From IMG/VR virus record IMGVR_UViG_3300045996_002045, positions 1 through 58,974 of that record: DNA of 58,974 nucleotides. One strand, given 5' to 3'. The notes under the pieces were generated by a model, which ran no database searches, was not told the origin of the DNA, and saw nothing but the letters and a program-made list of their open reading frames with translations. The DNA comes from a virus. Lineage: Duplodnaviria; Caudoviricetes. The position numbers and the translations under genes were made by a program. Positions 45,907 through 54,785 of the stretch are shown in pieces. The stretch's first letter is position 1. Each line of letters opens with the position of its first letter.

Positions 45907-46890
45907 GTGCCCATCAACCCTGTCCCCCTGGCCATCGGTGGGGGCGCCGTCCACTCCGACGATGTGCTGCGGCGGATGATCAATGGGCTGTCGCGGGATG
46001 TGCAGGGAGTCGCGCTGCCCGGCGACTTCAAGGTGACCGCGACCCCCACGGCGTCCGGGTCGGTGAACGTGGCGCCGGGTGGGATGGTGCTCCGGCACCA
46101 CAACATCCGCGGGCAGTCGTACTTCGGCGACTCCGACAGCTCGGTGCCGTGGTCGAAGAACCTGACCTCCGCCGGCTACCACCTGATCGTGCTGAAGGTC
46201 GTCGACCCGGAGACCAGTCCATGGCAGCCGTCGGGGACGCCGGGCGCGCCGAACACCAGCGTCGCCAACGGCCCGTACTTCATGCTGGACACCATCCCGT
46301 GCTCGTCGAACACGATGCTGGCCAGCGAGGTCGTGACCTACGCCGCCGAGGCCATCGCGCGGGTCGACAACCCGACCGGTGCCGCCGCGATCACCAACGC
46401 GATGATCAAAGAGGTCGGCATCCGGCGGCTAGCGCAGCCGCGGATCGGGTTCGCCTACGACTGGCAGCCCGGCCCGGCTACGGCGAACTACGTCACCGTG
46501 GCGGAGACCGCGTGGCACCACTGGCCGTCGAACAGCTTGCTCGTCGAGGTGCCGCGGTGGGCGACGCACGCGCAGGCGACGATCCAACTGGTCGGCCTGG
46601 CGGTCGACGGCCCGTGTGACGTCAACACCCGCGTGATCTTGGGGAACCTCCCCCCGGGGCCCATCGTGTACTTCGACTACAACGGCAACGCCGGCACGCC
46701 GGCCGGCTTCGTGGAGAACCGGCCGCACTTCACCTTCGCAGAGTTCGACGTGCGGTCGCTGCAGGGGCAGACGGTGACGCTGCGGCTGGACGCGCGCCGG
46801 ACGTACGAGCAGCAGAACACCGGGAACGTCTGGTTCGGCCCGGCGGAGCAGATCGTCTTCGACGTGAAGTTCTCTGAGCGTGTGGTGTAG
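45907..46890 (+). CDS. Minor tail / baseplate protein
   Basis: AIGGGAVHS...GV..PGDFKV...SVNVAPGG...QSY. Confidence 0.75.
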   Translation: MPINPVPLAIGGGAVHSDDVLRRMINGLSRDVQGVALPGDFKVTATPTASGSVNVAPGGMVLRHHNIRGQSYFGDSDSSVPWSKNLTSAGYHLIVLKVVDPETSPWQPSGTPGAPNTSVANGPYFMLDTIPCSSNTMLASEVVTYAAEAIARVDNPTGAAAITNAMIKEVGIRRLAQPRIGFAYDWQPGPATANYVTVAETAWHHWPSNSLLVEVPRWATHAQATIQLVGLAVDGPCDVNTRVILGNLPPGPIVYFDYNGNAGTPAGFVENRPHFTFAEFDVRSLQGQTVTLRLDARRTYEQQNTGNVWFGPAEQIVFDVKFSERVV

Positions 46891-46905
46891 CGCGTGCGCT
46901 ATAGT
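46888..46905 (+). promoter_or_regulatory. Palindrome TAGCGCGTGCGCTA overlapping -10 TATAGT
   Basis: Upstream of an inserted secreted-protein gene. Confidence 0.6.
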
Positions 46906-46941
46906 GCTGGCACCCGATCCACCCACCCCACTGGAGTACCC

Positions 46942-47409
46942 GTGAAGCGCACCCTGACCGTCGCGGCCGCCGTTGCCGCCCTGTTCGCCGCCACCCCCGC
47001 CGCCCAGGCGGCCCCCGCCGACGACAAGGCGCTGTGCAAGAGCGGCGGGTTCGCCAACTACGTCGACCCGACCACCGACCTGCCGTTCGCGGATCAGGGG
47101 CGATGCATCGAGCACGTCAACGCCGGTGGCGCGCTCGCGCCCGTCGCCGCCCCGATTGAAGGCGTCTTCACCTTCTCCCCCTCGGACGCCGGAAAGTGCC
47201 TGTTCCGGTTCGAGGCCAGCGGGCTGGAGTCGCAGACGAGCTACCCCTTCTCCGTGGACTGGACGTGGAACGGGGAGCCGCAGAACATCCCTGGCACCCT
47301 CTCCACTTTCGATGGGACGACGTGGGACTGGGGAACGCAGGCCGATGTGGACACCCCGGTCAGCATGACGGTCGGTGATCAGACGTTCAGGGATCAGGTC
47401 ACCTGCTGA
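46942..47409 (+). CDS. Secreted protein (moron within the tail genes)
   Basis: Signal peptide ending AQA; CKSGG...F.DQGRCI motif; GGAG RBS. Confidence 0.75.
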   Translation: MKRTLTVAAAVAALFAATPAAQAAPADDKALCKSGGFANYVDPTTDLPFADQGRCIEHVNAGGALAPVAAPIEGVFTFSPSDAGKCLFRFEASGLESQTSYPFSVDWTWNGEPQNIPGTLSTFDGTTWDWGTQADVDTPVSMTVGDQTFRDQVTC

Positions 47410-47425
47410 CAACTGCTGACGGATC

Positions 47426-47458
47426 GCGGCGGCCCCAGCGTTGGCCTGGGGCCGCCGC
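47426..47458 (+). terminator. Hairpin with CGTTGGC loop after the moron
   Basis: 13-bp perfect stem; no U-tract. Confidence 0.5.
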
Positions 47459-47474
47459 CCCGTGACGAGGAGGT

Positions 47475-48662
47475 GTGACGTTGGAGCCGAGGTGGTCCGG
47501 CCAGCTGTACGGCTGGCGGTACCTGGCGCGCCGCGTCGACGGCTCCGGGACCCCGGGCCCGTGGCTGGACTCCGAGCTCCCGCTGCAGGGCGTGCAGATC
47601 ACCGACGTCGTCTCCGGGCCGCCGCAGCTGACCGGCACCATCACCCCGGTGCACGCCCGGCTGCTGATGCCCGACGGCATGCCGCTGCTCACCGAGAACG
47701 ACACCGAGGTCGCCGCCGAGAAAGACGGGCAGATCGTCGCCTGCGGCCACCTGGTGCGCAACGCCGCGCAGGGCCACGTGAACGAGATCGAGGTCAACGG
47801 CTTCACCGGCTACGCGAAGGACATGGGGTTTCTCGGTGACCCGATCCTCGGCCCCGACCGGCCGAAAGACTTCGTCGACACCGACCCGCTGGACGTCGTC
47901 CGCTACCTGTGGGATCACGTGCAGAACGTCGGGCCCCGCTCCAACATCGGCCTCGTCGTCGACCCGGACACCCGGACGCCGGTGACGGTGGGGCGGGCGC
48001 CCGAACATGTCATCGAGGGCACCCCGGCCGTCGAGCAGACCACCCCGGAGCCCTACCGGCTGGCCACCTGGCAGACCGACGACATCGGTGGGGAGATCGA
48101 CGCGCTGGCTGCCTCGACGCCGTTCGACTACCACGAGCGCCACCAGTGGAACGACGACCGGTCGGAGATTCTGCACTTCCTCGACTTCGGCTTCCCGCGG
48201 CTCGGTCAGCGCCGGAGCATCACCTTCACCGTGGGTGGGAACGTCCAGGAGATCCCCAAGGTGGAGCGGGACGGCACGCAGACCGCCAACCACGTGCGGG
48301 TGCTCGGCGCCGGGGAGGGCTCGGCGATGATCCGTGCCGACGCACGGCTAGACGACGGCCGTCTCCGGAAGATGATCACCATCACCGACGACAGCATCAC
48401 CGACCCGGAGATGGCGAGGACGCGCGCCCGGACCGAGGTCGCGATGCGCGCCCAGGCCACCCGCATCTCGTCGTTCGTGGTGCGCAACACCGGGGAGACG
48501 CAGCTGGGCGCCTGGCACGTCGGCGACGAGGTGCGCCTGGTCTCCCGCGAGGGCTGGCTCCACGTCGACCAGTGGGTGCGCATCCTCTCCCAGACCATCA
48601 CCCCGGAGGACCCCGCCTTGGCCACCTGCACCGTCCTGCGCGCAGACCGGTTCGCGGTATGA
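47475..48662 (+). CDS. Baseplate hub / Tal-like minor tail protein
   Basis: WRYLAR...ELPL...SGP..L.GTI...DPLDVVR.LW.H.Q...FDYHE..W...PRLG...GAGEG. Confidence 0.75.
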   Translation: MTLEPRWSGQLYGWRYLARRVDGSGTPGPWLDSELPLQGVQITDVVSGPPQLTGTITPVHARLLMPDGMPLLTENDTEVAAEKDGQIVACGHLVRNAAQGHVNEIEVNGFTGYAKDMGFLGDPILGPDRPKDFVDTDPLDVVRYLWDHVQNVGPRSNIGLVVDPDTRTPVTVGRAPEHVIEGTPAVEQTTPEPYRLATWQTDDIGGEIDALAASTPFDYHERHQWNDDRSEILHFLDFGFPRLGQRRSITFTVGGNVQEIPKVERDGTQTANHVRVLGAGEGSAMIRADARLDDGRLRKMITITDDSITDPEMARTRARTEVAMRAQATRISSFVVRNTGETQLGAWHVGDEVRLVSREGWLHVDQWVRILSQTITPEDPALATCTVLRADRFAV

Positions 48663-51600
48663 GCGACGCCGTCTACAGCGGGTCCATGGAACCGTTCCGG
48701 CCCGGCAGCTCCGACTCCGTCGACGCGACCGCGCGGGAGATCGCCCGGCTGCGGCGCGCGCAGCGGAACACCTCGGCCAAGCCGGGACTCAACCACTCCG
48801 CGATCGACGACGGTGCGCTGGTGTCCACCGTCGACGGGCAGACGCACCTGGTCATCGGCGCCCAGTGGGACGGCACGAACACGATCACGCAGCTGCGCGG
48901 GGTGAAGCCGCCGCAGCCGGCCGGCGTCACCATCGCCACCACGCTCGGCGGGGCGGTGCTCGCCTGGTCCGGCGCGTTCCTCGACCCGCAGCCCGGCTAC
49001 ACCTCGCCGATCGTCGCGCCCGGCGACTGGGCGGGGCTCACCTTCGAGGTATCCAACGACGTCGACTTCGACGCGGGCACCGTGCGGTACTTCGATATCA
49101 GCACCGCGTCCGGCGGGCACACCACCGTCGCCTGGCCCACCCCGGGGGAGATGCTCTACGCCCGCGCGCGGGTGCGCACCGCCGCGGGGCTGTACAGCGA
49201 CTACAGCACCCCTGCGGGCCCGGTGCCGGCCGGCAAGGTGGGCCTGGCCGACCTGGCGTTCCAGCTCGAGGACTACGTGGCCGGGACGGTGATCCACTAC
49301 GGGCCGACCGAGCCGGCCGCCGAGGACGTCTCCGGCATCGGTGACCTGTGGCTGCGGGAGGTCGACGCCGGGCCGCCGCCGAAGTACGAGACGTGGCGGT
49401 TCGACGGGGTCGCGTTCCGCAAGCTGCAGGACCAGGGCGTCACGCAGGCGCTCGCGGACGCCGTGAGCGCCCAGCAGGCGGCCGACAGCAAGGCCCGGCA
49501 CTTCTCCCAGCCGGAGCGGCCGGCGAACCTCGCCGCGAAGGACAAGGGCGCTATCTGGACCGACACCGACGGCGGGAACCTGCGGTACGTCTGGACCGAC
49601 GAGATCGTCACCTCGACGACCCGCCGGAACCTGGCGCTGAACCCCACGTTCGCCGCGGACGCCCCGGGGCTGTTCGACGTGGGGAAGGCGCCCAGACTGT
49701 GGCGCCGCTTCCAGACCGGCACGACGACGAACGTCACGCTCGAGACGTCCGTGGCCGGTGGCGTCGGCGGCGGCCAGCACGTCATCGTCCGGGCCGGGAC
49801 GATGGGGCCCACCTCCGAGATCGGCCTGATCCACGAGATCCCCCTGGGCGGGATCGTCGGCAAGGTGCGCGTCTCGGTGCGCGCGTGGGTGACCGCCGCG
49901 GACACCACGAAGCTGCCGCAGCTCTACATCGACTGGGTGAACGCCGCCGGCTCGGTCATCTCCAGCGCCCGCACCAGCGGGTCGGGCGCCGCCGGCACGG
50001 CCGCCTCACCGCAGGTGCTGGTGCTGCCCACCGCCACCGCGCTCTACAACATCCCCGACGGCGCCGTGGTCATGCGCGTCTTCCTGCTCCGCGCCTCGAG
50101 CGCCACGGCGCAGGTCAACGGGCTGCCGGCGTCGACCACCACGCTGACCAACGCCGACGTGCACTTCGACCAGCTGCTGATCGAGCACGACCCGCCGGTG
50201 GGGATGGGTACGACGTACTTCGACGGCTCCACCGGCGCCGAAGACTCCTGGGACGCCGCGCCCAACCTGTCGGCCTCGCGGCGGTTCACCTCGACGGTGA
50301 CGACCGGCGCCTACGACTGGCGACCGGCGCCGATCCGGTCGGGGTCGATTCAGGCGAAGAGCCTGATCGCGTCCAACGTGGTGGCCACGGGCACGGTGTC
50401 CGCGGCGCTGCTCGAGGCGATCATGGTCCTGGCGTCGGTGATCGTGGCCGGCGACCCGAACGGCGACCACGCCCGGATGACGCCGCAGGGGTTCTTCGTC
50501 TACACCGACGACCCGATCGACGGGATCCCGAACGAGGTCATCCGGATGGGGACCTCGAGCAACGACACGATTGGCATCACCGACTCGACCGGCCGGCTCG
50601 TCGCGTCGATCAATGAGGCTGGCACCGGCACGTTCCAGAACATGAGCGTCGCCGACAGCCTGATGGTGAGGGGCCGATCCCTCGAGTCGTGGCTGGGCGA
50701 CGTGCCGGCGCAGAACCCCGGGTCGTTCTCCGGCAACCCGCCGGGGCAGCAGGGCGGCGTCGACTACGGCCCGATTCGCGCCGAGGTCGGTGTGGCCGAG
50801 GTGAACGGCTACCTGGTCGCCGGCCGCGAGTACGAGATCCGGGTCCGGTGGACCGGGAAGTGCGAGGGTGACGACTCCGTCGAGGCGCGCACCTACGTGC
50901 GGTACACCGGCCCGTCCGCGGCCGGGTCGGACACCGCCGCGGCGCCGGGGGTGGGGAGCACGTACGTCGACCACTGGCTGCACACGTTCCACTGGGCGGG
51001 CCGCTGGGAGACCTGGGAGAACACCTGCCGGTTCGTGGCGACCACGACCGGCCGGCACCGCTTCCTGCTGTCGGTGGAGCGGGGCGCGTGGGGGCGGAGC
51101 GGCGCCGATGTCGGCAACATTTGGCTCATCGGTGCGCACAAGGTGTCGATGGCCATCGCCGACCTCGGCCCGCGGCGGCCGTCGACCGGGCAGTTCACGC
51201 AGGGTGGCGCGGGGTTCCACACCTTTCCGCCGCCGCCGCCGCCGCCTCCGCCGCCGCAGAACTACTTTGTCGAGCTCGCGCCCGCCGGCTACACGTCCTA
51301 CCGCGGCGACAACACGGTGCGGCCGGCCGGCGACGGCGTCGTGCAGGGCCCCGACCCGTCGGGGAACAACGGCATCGGCAAGGGGCACTGGTGGTTCGCG
51401 ATCCCGCACATCACGGGAACGATCACGAACATGGAGCTGTATGCCTACGCCGAGCATTGGTATTACGGCGACGGCGGGCAGGCCGTGATGAACCTCGCGC
51501 TCATCAACCAGGGCGGACCCAACTACCCGGCGATCAAGGGCGATTGGGTGCACACCGGCGGCGGCGGCTGGTGGCCGCGCGCTGCCGGCCGCAACTTCCG

Positions 51601-51754
51601 GTTGCCCTCGGACTGGTGGTGGCACTTCACGCAGCACGCGCCGATACAGGACCGGGCCGACGGCATCCGGGTCGGCCCGACCGGCAACTTCCCCCGCGAG
51701 TACGGCCGCTTCCACGGCTCCGGCACTCGCCTGAAGATTTGGTGGACTCAGTGA
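48659..51754 (+). CDS. Large tail fibre / host-specificity protein
   Basis: FN3-like N-terminal region, GDLW motif, carbohydrate-binding-like insert, poly-Pro hinge before the C-terminal domain. Confidence 0.75.
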   Translation: MSDAVYSGSMEPFRPGSSDSVDATAREIARLRRAQRNTSAKPGLNHSAIDDGALVSTVDGQTHLVIGAQWDGTNTITQLRGVKPPQPAGVTIATTLGGAVLAWSGAFLDPQPGYTSPIVAPGDWAGLTFEVSNDVDFDAGTVRYFDISTASGGHTTVAWPTPGEMLYARARVRTAAGLYSDYSTPAGPVPAGKVGLADLAFQLEDYVAGTVIHYGPTEPAAEDVSGIGDLWLREVDAGPPPKYETWRFDGVAFRKLQDQGVTQALADAVSAQQAADSKARHFSQPERPANLAAKDKGAIWTDTDGGNLRYVWTDEIVTSTTRRNLALNPTFAADAPGLFDVGKAPRLWRRFQTGTTTNVTLETSVAGGVGGGQHVIVRAGTMGPTSEIGLIHEIPLGGIVGKVRVSVRAWVTAADTTKLPQLYIDWVNAAGSVISSARTSGSGAAGTAASPQVLVLPTATALYNIPDGAVVMRVFLLRASSATAQVNGLPASTTTLTNADVHFDQLLIEHDPPVGMGTTYFDGSTGAEDSWDAAPNLSASRRFTSTVTTGAYDWRPAPIRSGSIQAKSLIASNVVATGTVSAALLEAIMVLASVIVAGDPNGDHARMTPQGFFVYTDDPIDGIPNEVIRMGTSSNDTIGITDSTGRLVASINEAGTGTFQNMSVADSLMVRGRSLESWLGDVPAQNPGSFSGNPPGQQGGVDYGPIRAEVGVAEVNGYLVAGREYEIRVRWTGKCEGDDSVEARTYVRYTGPSAAGSDTAAAPGVGSTYVDHWLHTFHWAGRWETWENTCRFVATTTGRHRFLLSVERGAWGRSGADVGNIWLIGAHKVSMAIADLGPRRPSTGQFTQGGAGFHTFPPPPPPPPPPQNYFVELAPAGYTSYRGDNTVRPAGDGVVQGPDPSGNNGIGKGHWWFAIPHITGTITNMELYAYAEHWYYGDGGQAVMNLALINQGGPNYPAIKGDWVHTGGGGWWPRAAGRNFRLPSDWWWHFTQHAPIQDRADGIRVGPTGNFPREYGRFHGSGTRLKIWWTQ

Positions 51755-52092
51755 CCGCACCCGCCGAAGTGACCGTCGGCGCCTTGCAGCTGCCCGCCGA
51801 GCTGGCGCCGCGGGTCGTGGCCGCGCTGCGCGACCAGTACGCCAGCGTCGTGGTCGGCCAGGTCGCCGACGACGACGTGCCGGCCGCGGTGCTGCGCTAC
51901 GTCATCGAGTCCAGCCTGCAGGCGTACGAGGCGAAGGTGGCCGCCGTCGACGTCGACGCGGCGATCGAGAAGGTGCGCACCGAGTCCCGGGAGCGGGTGG
52001 AGCGCGCGCGGGAGAAGGCCCGCCGGGACGTCGAGGCCATCCGTGCGACGCGCCGCACGCCGGCGAAGAAAGCCGCCCCGCGGAAGGCGTGA
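51751..52092 (+). CDS. Hypothetical helical protein
   Basis: GTGA overlap. Confidence 0.6.
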   Translation: MTAPAEVTVGALQLPAELAPRVVAALRDQYASVVVGQVADDDVPAAVLRYVIESSLQAYEAKVAAVDVDAAIEKVRTESRERVERAREKARRDVEAIRATRRTPAKKAAPRKA

Positions 52093-52164
52093 GACTCGCC
52101 ACCCCCGCGCCTGGAGAACGCCTCCGGACCGGTTCCGTCGCGTCACCCCTGCACACTGGGGAGC

Positions 52165-52314
52165 ATGTCTGAGCCCGAGCGCGACCTGGACCCTGGCGAG
52201 ATCGTCGAGGCGACCACCGTCGAGGAGTACGAGGACCCCACGGACCCGGAGATCACCGACCCCGAGCACCCGGACTACGTAGAGCCGGGCGTCGACTACG
52301 GAGCTGACGACTGA
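52165..52314 (+). CDS. Small very acidic protein
   Basis: GGGGAG RBS; TGATG coupling to the lysin gene. Confidence 0.55.
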   Translation: MSEPERDLDPGEIVEATTVEEYEDPTDPEITDPEHPDYVEPGVDYGADD

Positions 52315-53000
52315 TGGCCATCCTGACCAGCGGCTACGTCGGCGCCAAGGCCTGCACCTCCGGCCCGACGCCGGGTGCAAAGAACCTCATGTCCTGGTGG
52401 CTGCGCGACTACGCCCCCCGGGGCGGCACGAACCTGGGCATCTTCAACTGCCGGCCGGTGCGCGGCGGCGTCGTCACGTCGCTGCACGGCGAGGGCCGGG
52501 CGGCCGACCTCGGCACCCCGACGAGCAACACCTGGTCGTTCGCGGCCATGGACAAGCTGCGGCTGCACAGCCGTGAGCTGGGAATCCAGTGCATCATCCA
52601 CAACCGCAAGATTTGGTCGGCCTCCGGCGGGCCCGACTGGCGGCCGTACAAGGGCGTCGCCCCGCACTTCGACCACGGTCACGTCGAGCTCACCCCCGAG
52701 GCTGCCCGGACGCTGACGCTGGCGAAGATCGACTCGGTGCTGTCCCCGCCGGTCGCGATCAAGGGGAAGGCCGGCGACGGCATCCTCGAGCGCGGCGACC
52801 GGGGCCCGGCCGTGGAGCAGCTGCAGCGCGTCCTGCGCGCCTGGTACCCGCGGGACCTGACGTGGCTGGTCGTCGACGGCGACTTCGGCCAGCGAACCGA
52901 GGACGCGGTGCGGTACGCGCAGGCGAAGCACCGACTGGCCGTGGACGGGGTGGCCGGCCCGGCGACGCTGAAGGCGCTGAACCTCGCCGGACTGCGGTGA
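52314..53000 (+). CDS. Endolysin: M15-like Zn peptidase + peptidoglycan-binding domain
   Basis: SLHGEGRAAD...HFDHGHV; LERGDRGPAVEQLQ...VDGDFG..TE.AV...VDGVAGPATL. Confidence 0.85.
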   Translation: MAILTSGYVGAKACTSGPTPGAKNLMSWWLRDYAPRGGTNLGIFNCRPVRGGVVTSLHGEGRAADLGTPTSNTWSFAAMDKLRLHSRELGIQCIIHNRKIWSASGGPDWRPYKGVAPHFDHGHVELTPEAARTLTLAKIDSVLSPPVAIKGKAGDGILERGDRGPAVEQLQRVLRAWYPRDLTWLVVDGDFGQRTEDAVRYAQAKHRLAVDGVAGPATLKALNLAGLR

Positions 53001-53443
53001 GGCGACCGGGCCGGGAACGCTGGTCGGTCAAGATCGCCAACCGGCTTCCCGGTCCGGTGTTGGCCAACCCCGAGAGGTTGTCGATCAACTACATGATGAT
53101 CATTCTCGGGATCATGTGCCTGGACCCGACCCCGGTGTTCCCCACCGTGGCCGCCTGGTCCAACTGGTACCAGTACGAGTGGGCAATCGCGTCGATCGTC
53201 GGCGGCTGTGCGGCGCTGCACGGCGCCTACCGCGACGCCCGCCCCTCCGAGCGACTGGGATGCACCGTCGTGGCCATCTGCTCCCTCACCTTCGCGGTGA
53301 GCATGCTGCACACCAGCGGGATGGCCGCCGGACTCGTCTCCGCGTTCATTCTCAGCATCACCCTGGCCAAGGTGCTGCGCCTGATCCGATCCCTCGCCTA
53401 CGACGCCACGCTGAGGGCAGCACGTGAGGCTCATGAGCTGTGA
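52997..53443 (+). CDS. Four-TM membrane protein (lysis cassette)
   Basis: Several hydrophobic helices; coupled to the lysin gene. Confidence 0.65.
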   Translation: MRRPGRERWSVKIANRLPGPVLANPERLSINYMMIILGIMCLDPTPVFPTVAAWSNWYQYEWAIASIVGGCAALHGAYRDARPSERLGCTVVAICSLTFAVSMLHTSGMAAGLVSAFILSITLAKVLRLIRSLAYDATLRAAREAHEL

Positions 53444-53952
53444 TCCTCGCGAGCCTCGCCGAGTGGGTGCTGCTCGCCGCTGACCAGCCCCCGACGCCCA
53501 CCCCCACCCCTGCCCCCGCTGCGGCCAGGGAGTGGTGGTGGACGCTGGCCGACTACGGCATCCGGGCCGCCGGGGCGATCGGTCTCCCGGCCGCTCTTAC
53601 CTGGTTCTTCGTCGACCGGCGCCGCACCCGCGCGGCGGCCACCGTCGACGAGCGCAGCGTCAATGCGAACGTGGCGAAGAACGACGCTAGCGCCTACGAG
53701 GCGCACGTGCTCGCGGTGGAGAAGGGACTCACCCTCGAGCGCGCCAGCTTCGACCGGCAGATCGCCCGACTCGACGGCGAACTGACCGACCTGGAAGCGC
53801 GTCACGCGCGTCGCGTGCAGGAGCTAGTGGCGGACAGCGTAGCCAAAGACATGCTCGCGGCGGATCTTCGCGCGCAGGTCGCTACTCTCAAGGCTGAACT
53901 GAAGCAACACCGCGCCGCGGCGCGTCGAAGTGGTGGAGAGGGAGTGGCGTGA
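53440..53952 (+). CDS. TM + coiled-coil protein (lysis cassette)
   Basis: Single TM helix followed by heptad repeats. Confidence 0.65.
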   Translation: MILASLAEWVLLAADQPPTPTPTPAPAAAREWWWTLADYGIRAAGAIGLPAALTWFFVDRRRTRAAATVDERSVNANVAKNDASAYEAHVLAVEKGLTLERASFDRQIARLDGELTDLEARHARRVQELVADSVAKDMLAADLRAQVATLKAELKQHRAAARRSGGEGVA

Positions 53953-54143
53953 CCGCACTGCTCAAGCGCGCTAAGAAGGCAGTCGCGGCCGCCGCCGGCA
54001 CCGCTGCACTCCTGGTCTCCGCTGGTGTGCTCGACGACCAGGCCGAGGCCATCGCAAACGTGATCATCGCACTCGCCACCGTGGCGGGCGTGTACCAGCT
54101 GAAGAACGAGCCGGTCCCCGGCCGCATCGACACGGAGGTCTGA
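53949..54143 (+). CDS. Holin-like two-TM protein
   Basis: KAVAAAAG...LATVAGVYQLKN. Confidence 0.65.
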   Translation: MTALLKRAKKAVAAAAGTAALLVSAGVLDDQAEAIANVIIALATVAGVYQLKNEPVPGRIDTEV

Positions 54144-54146
54144 CCT

Positions 54147-54713
54147 GTGCTGAACACCGAGCCGACTCCCACCACGGAAGAGGGCGTCATCGTCGACGGG
54201 GCCGGCGCCACCGGCACGGTGACGTGGATCCTCCGCGACGAGTCGACGGGGGAGATCAAGCAGTCCGGCGTGGCGTACAACACGATCACCCGGGTCGGCG
54301 ACCAGCGGCTCGGTGAGGGCGGGGCACTCCCCACCCCGGCCGTGGGGATCCCCAACGGCATGAAGCTCGGCACCGGCACCACCGCCGCCGGGAAGACGGG
54401 CGCCGCCGCGGCCGCCATCGCGTCGGGCACCTACCTCGCCGACTCGCACATCCCGTTCAGCGTCAACCCCCCGGCGTCCAGCCTGAACGGCGCGCTGCGG
54501 CAGATCCGCTTCACCGGCGTGTGGGCCGCGGGCAAGGCGACCACCGCCGGCGCCATCACCGAGGCCGTGATCGTCAACGACTACAACGCGGCGCAGAACG
54601 TGACCAGCCCCGAGGCGAACACGCTGTCCAGGGTGATCCTCACCCCGGCCGTCGGGTCCAAGGGTGCGCAGGACTCCCTCACCCTGATTTGGGACTGGAA
54701 CGTCGGCACCTGA
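54147..54713 (+). CDS. Virion fibre-base / accessory structural protein
   Basis: NTIT..G...MKLGTGTTAA...AITEA...K...DSLTLIW pattern seen in fibre-attachment proteins. Confidence 0.6.
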   Translation: MLNTEPTPTTEEGVIVDGAGATGTVTWILRDESTGEIKQSGVAYNTITRVGDQRLGEGGALPTPAVGIPNGMKLGTGTTAAGKTGAAAAAIASGTYLADSHIPFSVNPPASSLNGALRQIRFTGVWAAGKATTAGAITEAVIVNDYNAAQNVTSPEANTLSRVILTPAVGSKGAQDSLTLIWDWNVGT

Positions 54714-54729
54714 CCTGCGCTCCCCCTGA

Positions 54730-54766
54730 CCAGCGGCCCCCGGACCCCCGCGCCGGGGGCCGCTGG
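54730..54766 (+). terminator. Hairpin between fibre-base and fibre genes
   Basis: CCAGCGGCCCCCGG...CCGGGGGCCGCTGG. Confidence 0.55.
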
Positions 54767-54785
54767 CCTGTGAGGAGGTAGCGGC

